In this document: positions 24,732 to 37,144 of the stretch, one piece after another
Position numbering within the stretch: position 1 is the stretch's first letter
Layout of the letters: each line of letters starts with the position of its first letter
NCBI GenBank assembly: GCA_051294905.1
Contig: CM119372.1
Location: forward strand, 26,290,001 to 26,354,000
DNA length: 64,000 bases
Reading direction: 5' to 3'
Origin: Botryllus schlosseri
Lineage: Eukaryota
Position numbers and translations under genes: made by a program
The notes under the pieces: model-generated
Database searches by the model: none
Told to the model about the DNA's origin: nothing
The model's input: the letters and a program-made list of their open reading frames with translations, nothing else

Positions 24732-27730
24732 ATGATTACGTACAGCTCGGACGTGCTGCGCAGTATAGGCAGTAAGCAGAGTAGACCAAGTCGCAAAGTA
24801 CGACGAAGACTCTACTACCTCAAGTTACTGCGTACTCGCCGAGGGGTACAATATCAACAAAAAGACTGGGATCTGCCGGGTGGCGCCGGGGACCCGAAGC
24901 CTCAACCAAGATCCCTGAGGATTAGCCTAAAAGCAACAGTTAAACTTGGAACTCTGAACACAAGAACTCTGAACTCTGCGTGGCGCCAGGAAGAAGCTGC
25001 CGCACTTGTGACTGACCTCAAGCTTGATGTGTTGGCAATATAAGAACATCGCCAGCACTTCACCGAACCATTCCGCGAAAAAGACCTAGGCGCAGGCATT
25101 ATCATGGTCCAGTCACCTGCCAACCAAGGCGGAGTTGGAGGCGTCGGTATAATCATGTCCCGGCGTTTTCACGATGAGGCAAAGATTTGCGTTATAAACA
25201 GCGGGATTATTGCAGCTAGCATTCAACTCCGTCGCCGCAAACTGCATCTCGTGTGCGCGTATGGACCTACATCTCCGAACACCACTGCCTTCCCAGCTGA
25301 TACGCTCGCCTTCTACGACCAACTAGAACAGTGGTTCTCAACCGCCGGTCCGCGGACCGGTGCCGGTCCGCGAGGAATATTACAATTTCATACTTTAATT
25401 TCAAGATGCAATGTTGAAGGCTTGTCCTTTGATAAAATAAATAAAACATCTAATTTTAAACTGAATCAAAACTTCGTGAGGTAACATTAGGGCTAGAAAC
25501 ATGTTCGATTTGACTTAAAGTACAAGACGTTTCATTTGAGGACATGCGAACGACAAATACAGAACAGATACGAGCTCAATCATCGCTAAGCAGCGCAGTT
25601 TGATCATTGGATTTCGATTCATTTATTTTGAGCAGGACCGTAACTGGGGCACCCCAAACCGCCCAATTGGAGAGGGGCCGAGCTTGAAAACGGCCCCAAA
25701 TTATTTCACAAATGAATATAAATCATAGCGTTTTATTTGAAACTTTTCCCAACATTTTTCAATTTCTTTTCGGGCTTTGCACGATTTAGTGTCCCTAAAT
25801 GTCTTGCTTATTAGGTGCCCTTCTCCGAGAAATACGCATGATTTATAGGCATTTCGGCGTCAGTCATTGCCGCACCACGACGTATCCACACATAATGAAG
25901 TTTAGGTTAACATATGGGACTCCAAAATTTAGGCCTTAAATTCGACCGCGAGAAAAGCACTTCAGTCGTGAATGATCGAAAATTGTCGCCATTGTCGCGA
26001 TAAGCTACGTAAACTATCTGCTTACGCTGAGTAGAATGGATTTGATCACAAGTACAGGTGAAAACATCCACCCAAGTGTAGGGTCTTGGGGCGAAGCCCC
26101 CGGAAGTTTGGCTTATCGCCCTGTGGAGGCCCCAAGACCAACGTTTTTTAGGGTGGGCTGACGAAGTGCTTTTTCGGCCCGGATTTGTGGATGGCCGGTA
26201 TAGCTGCTGTAATGTGTTTTCTTGCGACACGCACTGTAGTCGCAGTTGCCGGAGTAGCCTGAGTCTGGTGGCAGTGGGCAATGAGCAAGGTAGCACGACA
26301 AGGTTCTTGGTTCGACTCCGATACGCTTCTATTCTTGATATTGTCGGTCGGTATTGAGTTGGCATGGCCGTTTAAACCCACGACCTTTGGCGCGAAAGAA
26401 TGTAAACGACTCTCAGCGGTAGCACGTTTACCTGGACAAGGCAATTTTACCTCGACTTGGCAGACTCGCTACCATAAAATCACATAGATGCCATCATGAA
26501 TATTATTAAATACGATCAAAACCCTCCAAATGTCACTCTCTAGCATCATATAATTGCCAAAAACGGTTGCATACTTCACATTTTGGCTTCATTTCAATTT
26601 TGACAGTTCACCGGTCCGCCAGACATTTTTTGAAATTTTACCGGTCCGCGAGGTGAAAAAGGTTGAGAACCACTGAACTAGAAGGTATTATCTCCACCTA
26701 CCCGCAGTGCGACATAACCATGCCACTCGGGGACATGAATGCCACGTTGGCCGAGCGCTCACAGCGAGTTCGCTTCCCAGTTGGCAACGAAAATAGCAAC
26801 TCTGAACATTTCACCAATCTACTCGACCGCTGCGACCTCATTCCTCTCAACGCCAACTTCTCTATGAAGCCGAAACGCAGGACAACATTTGACGGTATGC
26901 GCCAACGCAAGACACGGCTGGATTATATCTGCTGCAAAGCTCCCGCACGGCGCCACTTCACGAACTGTCGAACGGTGCGCATGCTAACGATGAGGAGTGA
27001 CCATCGAATGGTGTTGGCCACGCTTCGTGAAAGCCTCCCGTTCGTCCCGAAGCGTACACCGAACGAGCCCCTACCAAATTGGCTTGATCTCAAGGACGCA
27101 AATAAGATGAAAGACTTTACCATGCACACAGTCGACGCCCTCGAGATCCAAAATACTATACCGACCGCCTTTGCGCCACTTGTGGCAGCAGTCAAGAACG
27201 CAGCCCGTGAAACGCTCGGTGAGGCACAAAGCAAGTCACGGCTAATATTAGCCTGGGAGTCCGACCCAGCGGTGCTCACTGCACGCCAGAACCTCAAGAC
27301 TCTCAGACGTGCCGCGTACACCTCTGGAACACTGGACGCACATAGCGATGCTAACGAGGCCGCTCTGCACTTGACTAACGTTTACAACGCTGCTCGCAAG
27401 GAACGAGTCGAAGCTATTGCTCTTTCCGTGGAAAACGAGTTGGAAGCAGGCCGGTCAAGAGCAGCCTGGAAAGCCATCGGTGAACTAGTCGGCTCCAAGA
27501 GGACCCGCGTGAAGGCCTGTACGCAAGACCTCGCATCACACTTCGAGACCCTCTTATCTACGCCTTCACCGGACATCGATGTGCTCGTTGCACCGCCTTC
27601 ATTAGCAGCAATTCCTCTCGCGATCAATACAAACCTGATCACGCTAGCTGAGCTCAGGATAGCCATGCGTGATGTTCCAAAATTCAAGGCCACCGGTACG
27701 GACGGCATCCCAACGGCTGCGTACACCTCG
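24732..27730 (+). pseudogene. Non-LTR retrotransposon ORF (APE endonuclease to start of RT), split by a MITE
   Basis: GTLNTRTL, DVLAI*E, GGVGII, CAYGPT, FYDQLE|GIIS..LGDMNA, RLDYI, SDHRMV, KATGTDGIP. Rejoins in frame after removing 25329-26675 and one TSD. Confidence 0.88.
25329..26675. mobile_element. hAT (Charlie-like) MITE
   Basis: TIR CAGTGGTTCTCAACC; perfect TSD AACTAGAA; CCGGTCCGCG subterminal motifs. Confidence 0.92.
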
Positions 27731-28415
27731 GGTGTTGCACCTTTTCCTAAATGACTATCATATAACCATTAAACATATGCAAACATATGACTAACGATGG
27801 CATGCAAAATTGTTTTAATGTGGCACAGCTCGAATTATTCACTATGCATGAAAGATTGCCTTTCTAAATATCCTTTCTTTTTTCATATTTTATCAGTTTT
27901 TATAACATGAACTCTCTAATAACCAAATATGTATGCATCATTCAAACACGACATATATCCCCTCCTGTATAAGCAAAATTTAGATAAAAGAATCTTACTA
28001 ATTTTCTCATTATACTCACAGTACTGATAACAAGCACACACACTCTCACCAGCAATAGACATTGGTCATAAACGGAAATTTAGTAAGTAGTCAAATAGCA
28101 TATGTCTAGTCTACATGAACTTAGTCAAGTAGTCAAGGACTAGGACTTGCAGTCATTCTTAATCATTTGTTCGATCCAAGCAGCTAAGCTACATTACAAA
28201 TATTTTTAATTTTGTCAATGGGAAGGAGCGTTTGGTTAATGGTTATATTTACATCAATTTTACCACCAGACGATATGTTTGCTCTGTAACAATATCATGG
28301 TATAATTCCTAAAATTGCATGAATTTGTGACTCCATCGCGAAAATGCATATTGCTTCTTTCTTCCTCTATGCAACTGAATTGTAATTTGCAAATAATGCC
28401 TAATTTTATCTATGT

Positions 28416-29250
28416 CAGGGGTGGCCAGCCTTTTCGGCCCAAGGGCCACATGAGATTTAATAACCATTGCACGGGCAACTTGAATGTTGATAACTTCTTT
28501 TTTAGTCGTCCGACAGGAACGAACCGAATTCGGTGAAATTGAAAACAAGACTCATATGACTACGCTTTAAAATTGATAACAATTATGTCATGAAAACACT
28601 TTGTGCAACGGTACAATGTGCAGTCAAGCCCTGGTTGCGCGAAGCACGAAATTTTTTCGAAGGTAATGAAGGAATTCGATCAATAAATATATTGCTTGGA
28701 TATATTGGAGGTCGCCTCATAGCAATGGGCTCATTTGGCAAGGACAGGATTATTTGGCGTTTTAGACATATAAATAGCGAATGTTTCGGTGAATATGTCT
28801 CTGTTAGTTTGTGCAAATGTTTCATCGTCGACGATCACGCTTCGAGTGCACAAGCAGACTCGCATGTTGGGCGACACGTTGCTAGTATAGTTGGACTCAA
28901 TTCAGTATTTATAATTTCCAGGAGGGGTTCCAATACTAAATGCAAGAAATGTGACAATAAATCATGCGAAGAGCTAAGAAAAAATCCAAGTCAAATAAAT
29001 CTGGTACGGAATATTTTACTTTATGATCATGTACGAATATCTGCGGTGATTGTGGATGGCCCCTGGTTACACCAATGCGTCGAAACTGATGTTTTAGTCA
29101 TCATCAAATTTCGCGGACAGGCTGATCAAATTTTGGTTGGCCTTGCAATTTACCTGATGTTATATCTAATTTCGAGAATTACCTCGCAGGCCACACAAAA
29201 CCTTCTCGCGAAGCACATTTAGCCTGCGGGAGACGGTTTGGCCGCCCCTG
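28416..29250. mobile_element. hAT MITE
   Basis: Ends CAGGGGTGGCCAGCC / GTTTGGCCGCCCCTG; TSD ATCTATGT/ATCTGTAT (2 mismatches). Confidence 0.7.
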
Positions 29251-29626
29251 ATCTGTATCGTTACTAATAACAGCGATTGATGATACGTAAAAATCCCATT
29301 ACAGTTATTATATTAGTAATTTAGAGATACCATTGAAAGCAATTGTTTTTATGATAAAAAACAAAGAGTCGTAGTCGGAGTGGACGTCAGGGTCATTTTC
29401 ACTAACTCCGACTCCAGTAAGTATTTTTTCCACGACTCCGACTCCGACTCCAGCCACTACAGTTTTCACGACTCCGACTCCATCAAGCGAAAATTAGTCA
29501 AACTTCGACTCCGACTCCACAGCCCTGGTCGTACATCTCAGCGCTTGCAACAAAGAATTCGTGAACACGTCCCCCGTCAAATTAGGAAACCGTAGGGTGA
29601 TGCCATGTCTTCTTCATCATCACAGT

Positions 29627-32600
29627 AGTAGTTATATAGATCGGTCGTGATTTGCCTGGGGCTCTTATGGGCCCGCTGGTGACCTGCCGCGAAACTCGTG
29701 TTGGTGACCCCACCCTTTTGACCCCCCCTTCCGCTGGTGACCTGCCATGTGTTCTTATGGGATCTCTGGTGACCCCACCCTTTCAGGTATAGGGCTCGCT
29801 GATGACCTGCCGTGAAAACTCGTGTTGGTGACTCCACCCTTTTCGAGTCTCTATCGCTGATGACCTGCCGTCTCGTCGGTGATACCACCCTTTCAGGTAT
29901 ACGTTGTGTCGATGACCCGCCTGATAACGTTACGGGTATAGGGATCTCTGGTGAAGTGGTGTTGAATATCAAGTATAGTAAACAGTGACGCCATTACCTA
30001 ACGTGTATATTCAAAATTATTAAATATGACCAATTTGAAGTAATCCCAACGTTTACGGTGAGTGCGACAATGATATATCGTTATTCTTATGGATGCGGTG
30101 ACACGGTGACGTAGCTGATATAGACGCAACATGATAACGTTACAGGTATAGCGTTCGCTCACACGGTTCTACATGAAGATATCGTAGTTCAGGCGTGACA
30201 AATGACCGATCGTGTTCTAAGTCTTTCCTCGCTATTGATTCCTACGTAACCTGAATAATACTTCAGATCGGATTATTCGCACCTTCCGTACCGCTGTTTC
30301 GCACCTACAAAATAGTCTGCTGTTCACAGTCGCAACTTCATCGCGATAGCACAATTTTCGCACCGCGATCAGTAGAACAACACCGCGCTAACCCAGTTGT
30401 CGAATCACATAGGCTAAACATTTCTTGTGAATGGAAATATTGTATTACAGGGTACAAATACGCAAACTATTCTTTCAATTCAACAAGTCTAGTTAACTGA
30501 TCGATTTTCAATCTGCCGACACAGTTTTTAACACGAGTGAGTTGATATTTCTTCCCGCGTACGAGCGAGGTAATAAGAATATTACCTATTAAGTAATAAG
30601 CACCGAATAACAGAACCGTCGCAGACGGTGACTTGAATATCCAAGATTTGATACTTTTCGCGATCGCTATATGTTTCACGTTGACTTTGGTTGCGTGATG
30701 CGAATCATGAGAATATTCAATCAATGTGTCAATTTATCAACTTGAAATGAAACTCACTACACAAACCAAGTTGATTCGTATTTGAATGTGTTGATCCGGT
30801 ACAACTCTAATCCTTTGAGAAATCCATTTACCGCGATCAGTTGATTCGAACGTAACTTGAATATTGCTGACTCCAACTTCAGTCGCATCGAATTATTCAC
30901 ACATTCCACGCTGCTGTTTCACACCTATAGAATCAATACCAACTAACTAAACAAGAATCAAGAATCACAAGTATGCACATACAATAATTGTATTTATTAC
31001 TGAGAAATCAAACGCTTAACAAAAACACGCAACTTATCATTTACCAACTCAAGCATTACCAAAAAAAAAATTCAGGTATTGTTGATTGAAAATCCTTGAG
31101 TCCTTATTATCAAAAATGTTATAGTGCGGCATCGGAATCCATTCGCGGGATGTACTAAAGTTAAATTCAGACATTCCAAAATGAAATGTCTCGACTTTAA
31201 CATAGTCTGAATTGAAATAGATTGACAAACATGACTACCATCTTTCCAAGTACCATTTCGATATTATACGCACATTGATTTGAAACAAGTAATGAAACAT
31301 TACAACTCTATTCACGATCTGGCTTTCCGTTTGTCAAAGAGAAATTTTAACATCTTACCATACTCAAAAGAATTATTCATAACATTAACCGGTGTTAAAA
31401 ATATAGTTTTCACTTACTTGATTATAACACTACAACTCGCAAACTTGAATTAATTCGTCCTGGTTGTATTCATATGACCGATAATTTTTATTCAACGGTA
31501 AAGGTCGTTACTATTCTGTAAGACAAAGTATTTACTAATCGGTGCATATACGCGATTTGACATAAACCTATTATATTTTGAGTATACGAGATTTGAATGT
31601 CTGAACAATAACTGAGAATTAAATTATCACAATTGAATCCATATATGACAGCGTAAAAGATATTGGAATGTCAGCAACTCTGTACGGTCATAGTTACTAC
31701 CGCTAATTTACCCGGCCAACTCGTCATGATCATTCCTGAAATCAACACAAACGCGACCACTGACTTGAGTTAACCACAAAACGGCATCAAGTTTTTAATC
31801 AGCTTGCAGCTGACAGATTATTCGAATGCATCGATGGGGAATATTATTGAACTCGTCGATATTGTTACTTCAACAAATTATCGCTTACGTCGACTGCGAA
31901 AGTTAATATCGAATGGTAAGACTTGATCGCATATTTGTTGAACACAGACATGACAAAAAACATTACCGAGATTTTATAAACTAGTCATATTACTTTTCAC
32001 ATCTATCAATATCAGAATACAAGTCATCAAACTTTTTGTTAAATGTAACATAGCACTCTTGGAATCGGCTTCGTTATAGTCATACAAATTGTATTAAACC
32101 CAACACCAAAACAAAAGAACTTTCAAGCTCATTGAAATCAAATCATTCATCTTCGACTTGCGCTTTATTAGATTGCACGCAACAATTCGTTACGAATGAG
32201 CTGTAACCAAAGTTAAGAAATCTTTGTGCCCACAGATATGGAAGATGAATATAGCTAACACAATCACGAATCGACGTTTCAGAGTATTTCACGGATGTAA
32301 TAAACTTGTTAGTGTCGCCTATCTAAAATTATGCATGCGTTCGATTTCCATACCGACTGTTGCGATGTTTAGGATTCGCTTACAATGACCAAGAGTGAGG
32401 ATTTAACATCAATGTCGTTACTGTCGGTATTCACAACAGAGAATCGAAACATTACACAGTGTGAAAATATATCTTTGATATCAAAGCACTATCCCAAGTA
32501 CACGATTAATACTCAACTCCGTTCACACTTTCCATAGAACGTGCTAAATGTAAAATATCGCGAGGAGACTTTGATCATTACAAAAGTAAATTGGGGTATG

Positions 32601-35600
32601 TTTGCTAGACGCATCCAATTCAGTTAGAAATTTCTGGTGCACAACAATCGTAATATCAAGGAAGTACTTGCTACACTGTAATTCACTAAACGCGTTTTGC
32701 ATTGTTGGTTGTTTGTAGTATTGATTGAAATTGTTTTTCAACCCTCAAATAATAATTCCCGACATGAGACCAAGCCGCTGAAAGTCATTACCATCACAAA
32801 GAAACAATTTGTACGATGTTTGCCAAATGTGTCCTATAGTTAGGTGTACTAGAATTATTTGTGTAACCCACCGATAATGCAATCAAAAATTTTTCCGTTG
32901 TCATTCACTAAAGTAAATGTCATCACAATACTCTGTCACTAAAAGACGTTACTTGTATGTGATTGAACCCCTAGCGATTAACTCACTAAACCGAACTCCA
33001 AAGAAATTTTACTCACTCGACGGATATGAAACAGCGTCGCTTAATCGGTCTACATCGTTTTTCTAAATGTAAATCATATCCACCCAGCAGAAAACCATTT
33101 TCACTCGCTTGGTGATGAAACCAAAGTCCCCATTTGATATTTTATTTTTGGTCAAATACTTTGCAATGAACACATTTGAGTGGCTGAGCTTTACATCATC
33201 AAGCTGTCATCTGTAAATCAAGATTACATCCAACTTGTAACTGTATCGTTTAACTACCGGGTTGCATCAGTTTGCTATTTTTGTCATTTAGTGACTGCTG
33301 AACATACCAAACGATACACATTCACTTACGAAATACTGTGTTGATCGTAATTTCCATCATCGTGACAATCGAAGTACATTTGTTTCGAGTTCATAACAAC
33401 CGACTTTTCTATGACATGATGAATTTTTGAAAAGTTTAGAAGATTGGTGCACCTCGCGAAAAATAATATACTACTCACATTGATACTGTTACTCCATTGA
33501 CCGGTATTTTCAAACGAGTCGATTTTCAACCGAGCAAAATTTATTACTTGAGTTGTCCCGCTTACTATATTTAAATGTAAACTCGCCCGTCTTGCAAAAC
33601 CACAACAAACAATGATAAAAAGTACACAAGCAAACACAACAAGTTTTACTTTTGTAGGACACTAATTATTATTCCACGCATCTCATTTCATACTAAGTGT
33701 ATATGAAAGATATTCATGGTACACGAAAATATTCGATATTCCTTGCTACGAACATACGCAATGATTGGTGACGCTTTCACACTATTTCGATTTAGTGTAA
33801 CAAAAACAACAACAACAATTTTCACTCTCTTGACTTATGAAAACAACAGACGAACCTTCATTCAATATTTTGTTTTTGTCAACTAGTTACTTTTTCATGA
33901 GACCGCCACAACTCTTACAAAAGTACGAAAGATATTTACATCACACAAAGTAATCAACTTTACTCGATATTTTCACATTACGAAACTAAAGAATGGTTGG
34001 TTTGACTCTACAAACTGTTTCGTTACCTCAAGACCTTTATTGTCTGAATGGTTGTTCATGTGTCTTAAGAACCAAATAGTTCAACACAGCACTAGTACCA
34101 ACAGTAACATCAGAGTTGTTTACACAAAAGTTTGTATGTGCGCAGTATGCGAATACCACGTGTAAGTCCAGCACAATTGTAGTATCCAGCTGAGATTAGT
34201 TAACACCAATTTATTACAACGGAGCCACGTAAACTTTCGTGAATGTAAGGCATACTCACTTCTCGATATTCTGTCAATGTCATAGCAATAAACCAACTAC
34301 TCCAAAAACAGAGTACATATGTTTTCTAGTTACGGTGCTTACATCTTACACACAAATCTATCTACTTTGCTAACGAAAAGCGCTGTGTCATCACATGATT
34401 ATCCTCACAACAACCAGTAGATGGAGCTGTATTAAAATGTTCCTAACCCCTTGCACACCAGTGACAAATTGTTGTTCAGCGTCAAGTCCCCATGTTGAAG
34501 CGTACATTAAAACAGCGCAATTCAATTAAAACCACGAATCTATTTTCATTTCCTCACAAACTGCCACATACAGAAAAGTAAATTTTATTTTCCCAACACA
34601 TACTTGTAACCAATCGCTTTCATTAAACACACAACTCCATAAAAGTATTTACTTTCTGCAACATAGACATTCCGATGTAATCAAGAAATATTTTTATTAT
34701 TCAAAATCATCGACTTCTGTTTACGGCGTTAGTGTGTGCATGTCATACATTAAGGTCCGTATTAAAATGCAAACGACACGACTGAATGTCAGGAGATAGA
34801 AGTCTATCGCATAGGTTTACATGTGGTCTTCGCTACGGTTTCAAAAAACGAATCATCTCTTTTGCATTGATCGAGACCGAGCAAGTTAGTTAATGGCAAT
34901 GATTGTGTTTGTCATATGTGAATAATAGGGTTACTGTCAAATCTACATACAACAACCTTCTGGCACTCATAATAGCAATTTCATTCTCTCCCTTCGTAAT
35001 TGTATACTCACGACAAGTATATTGTACAACTCGACAGCTACGTTTAACAAGACCAACGACACTGAGCCCACGACGTTTACCTGTGTAAAATTACCACTTT
35101 CACTTGACAGTCCATCGTTTACCTGACTAAACATATCACTTTCCTTTGGAGATCTGACGTTTACCCAGAGTAACAAACCTTTTTCACTTGGAAATATATT
35201 TTTTCCCTGGGTTACAAACCTTTTTCACTTGGAAATATATTTTTTCTCTGATCAACAAACCATTTTAACTCGGTAGTCCGTCGTTTACCTGAGTAAAAAT
35301 ATCATTTTCACTTGGAAAAATACTTTTACCTAGAGTAACTAATCATTTTCTTTTAGAAATATATTTTCTCCCTGGGTAACAAACTCTTTTCGTTTGGAAA
35401 ACTATCATTTACCTGAGTACCAATACAGTTTTCACTTGGAAATCTATCTTTTACCTGGGTAACAATACCATTTTCATTTTGAAATCTGACAAACACACCT
35501 GACAATTTGATATTTTTGTATATTGTTACAACGGATAGCGACAAAATGTACACCAACAACAACTCCAATACATTTGTGTAATCGCATATTCACTTGTGCT

Positions 35601-36218
35601 GATGCAACTCATCAAAATCATCGGTTACCCACATGCAATGTGCTGTTGTACATCGACGTTTATGTTTTTGGAAAATTGGACAATAGACTTCGATAGTTCT
35701 GTGATGTCCGGGCTCGTGCTTTGGATTTTCCAGAGTCAAAATGTCTGAATAAAACACCTCCTTGACGATAGTTGGTATGTGGATAACGGTGTTCGGAAAA
35801 CGGTTGGATTTATGTCACCCATCGCGATAACAATTCCAGGTCGAGTTTTCCCCCGCGTGTTTACTATATTGTGTCTTTATTGGTCATGTATGTCTCGACA
35901 TTCAGTTTGAAATCGGAAACCCTGATAAAGTATGTAACCGGATCCGGATATCAGCTCTGAATCGATAAACCAATGAACAATATTCAAAGTAAACATGTTA
36001 CACCCTGTGTTTCCACGAAAAAATACCATCCAGACATACGTCGCGCTTGTTTGCCCACATCAGTATACGCGTAAATGGAGGTGTGTGACATTGCATGCAA
36101 TGTGTTGGTATACAAACATCGATCCACAGACATTATCATAGCCGGTAGTTTTGATGTAGATCGAATGTCATCACACCCGATAACAATGTCATACCAATAA
36201 GCCACATTGCAATGACTC
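29627..36218 (+). repeat. Left arm (6592 bp) of giant inverted repeat
   Basis: Reverse complement of 37145-43736; mirrored ORF coordinates sum to 73363 (e.g. 30467+42896, 35353+38010). Confidence 0.97.
35075..35490 (-). repeat. Degenerate ~42-nt tandem repeat, 14-aa period (mirror copy ~37873-38288)
   Basis: Unit ~TTTACCTGGGTAACAAACCATTTTCACTTGGAAATATA; translates as FPSENxxxTQVxDx; frameshifted. Confidence 0.75.
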
Positions 36219-36324
36219 TGAGTCAATCTGAAGCATGACATACAGACACACAAACATGGAACCGTAACATGGGTTATTCGCACGACGGTGAAAGTGAACT
36301 ATACAGCGTATACCAATAGAGCGT

Positions 36325-36627
36325 TCACAGTCGAATATGCGAACCACGCACAATCACATACCCTGGTTTTTGTTGGATATGTACGAAACCAATAAATCGA
36401 TACATTTCTGTTCCTTCTACGTCAATAATACAAGCGTCATTCCAATGCATCGTTCGAATGTAAGGTTCGTCGGGTGTAAAACCCATGTCAAATAACACCA
36501 AAGTGTGCTTTCCGTGTTTTATTATTTCCACCGACGCTTCTTGTCTGTGTCGTAACACTATGGTGTGGGGAGTTGAAAAACGGTGGATTGTGAAACGGAT
36601 TGACATGACCAACAGAATCGACGTCAA
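36325..36627 (-). CDS. Hypothetical ~100-aa protein in the unique spacer of the palindrome
   Basis: Longest ORF wholly within the spacer, with protein-like composition; no family recognised; start uncertain. Confidence 0.25.
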   Translation of the reverse strand: MTSILLVMSIRFTIHRFSTPHTIVLRHRQEASVEIIKHGKHTLVLFDMGFTPDEPYIRTMHWNDACIIDVEGTEMYRFIGFVHIQQKPGYVIVRGSHIRL

Positions 36628-37144
36628 TAGACTTGTGACGATGTCGTTTCAAAATGATACCGATCTCTTGTGGCGACGACCGTTTCGAAATGTCACCGGA
36701 CGAACTGGACCCTTACGATGATGTGTTTTATGATTGCGTGTGAAATCGCGAGGTAGTGTTCTATTGTGGTGTACGATTGCAGTCTTCATTCCACAGAAAC
36801 ACACCTTATTGGATCACAGTATCAGTCCGAGATTTGCAGAATCACTGTTCACGATATTTATCTGGAGTCGTTACGTGGGAGTAGTGACATCCATGCATCG
36901 TGTGAAAGACTGATCGCAATCATTTCGAGCACCCGTGATTCGATAGTTCACCTTGGTCAAACGCTGCAGTCTCAGCAGAAAACTTCGGTGTCGACAACAC
37001 GATGGATATTGACCGATGTATCCAATTGGTCTGGGTGGTCTGTCCGGAGATAGGGCCATGACTATCTTGTAATGTTACAACACGATAACACCATCGAGTA
37101 AATCAGTGAACGGTGCCGAAATATCGATGTAATAGCGCGGACTC

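Larger units (their letters stand above)
23036..29527. mobile_element. hAT MITE with (CCGACT)n subterminal arrays, expanded by nested LINE and MITEs
   Basis: TIR CAGGGCTGTGGAGTCGG; TSD GTCGCACA/GTCGTACA; CCGACT arrays at 23065-23170 and 29400-29520. Confidence 0.85.

Noticed and set aside
25907..26487. Cluster of overlapping ORFs
   Set aside because: Inside the 25329-26675 MITE, on both strands, with no motif.
28590..29222. 210-aa ORF
   Set aside because: Lies inside an 835-bp hAT MITE with no recognisable domain; likely a chance ORF.
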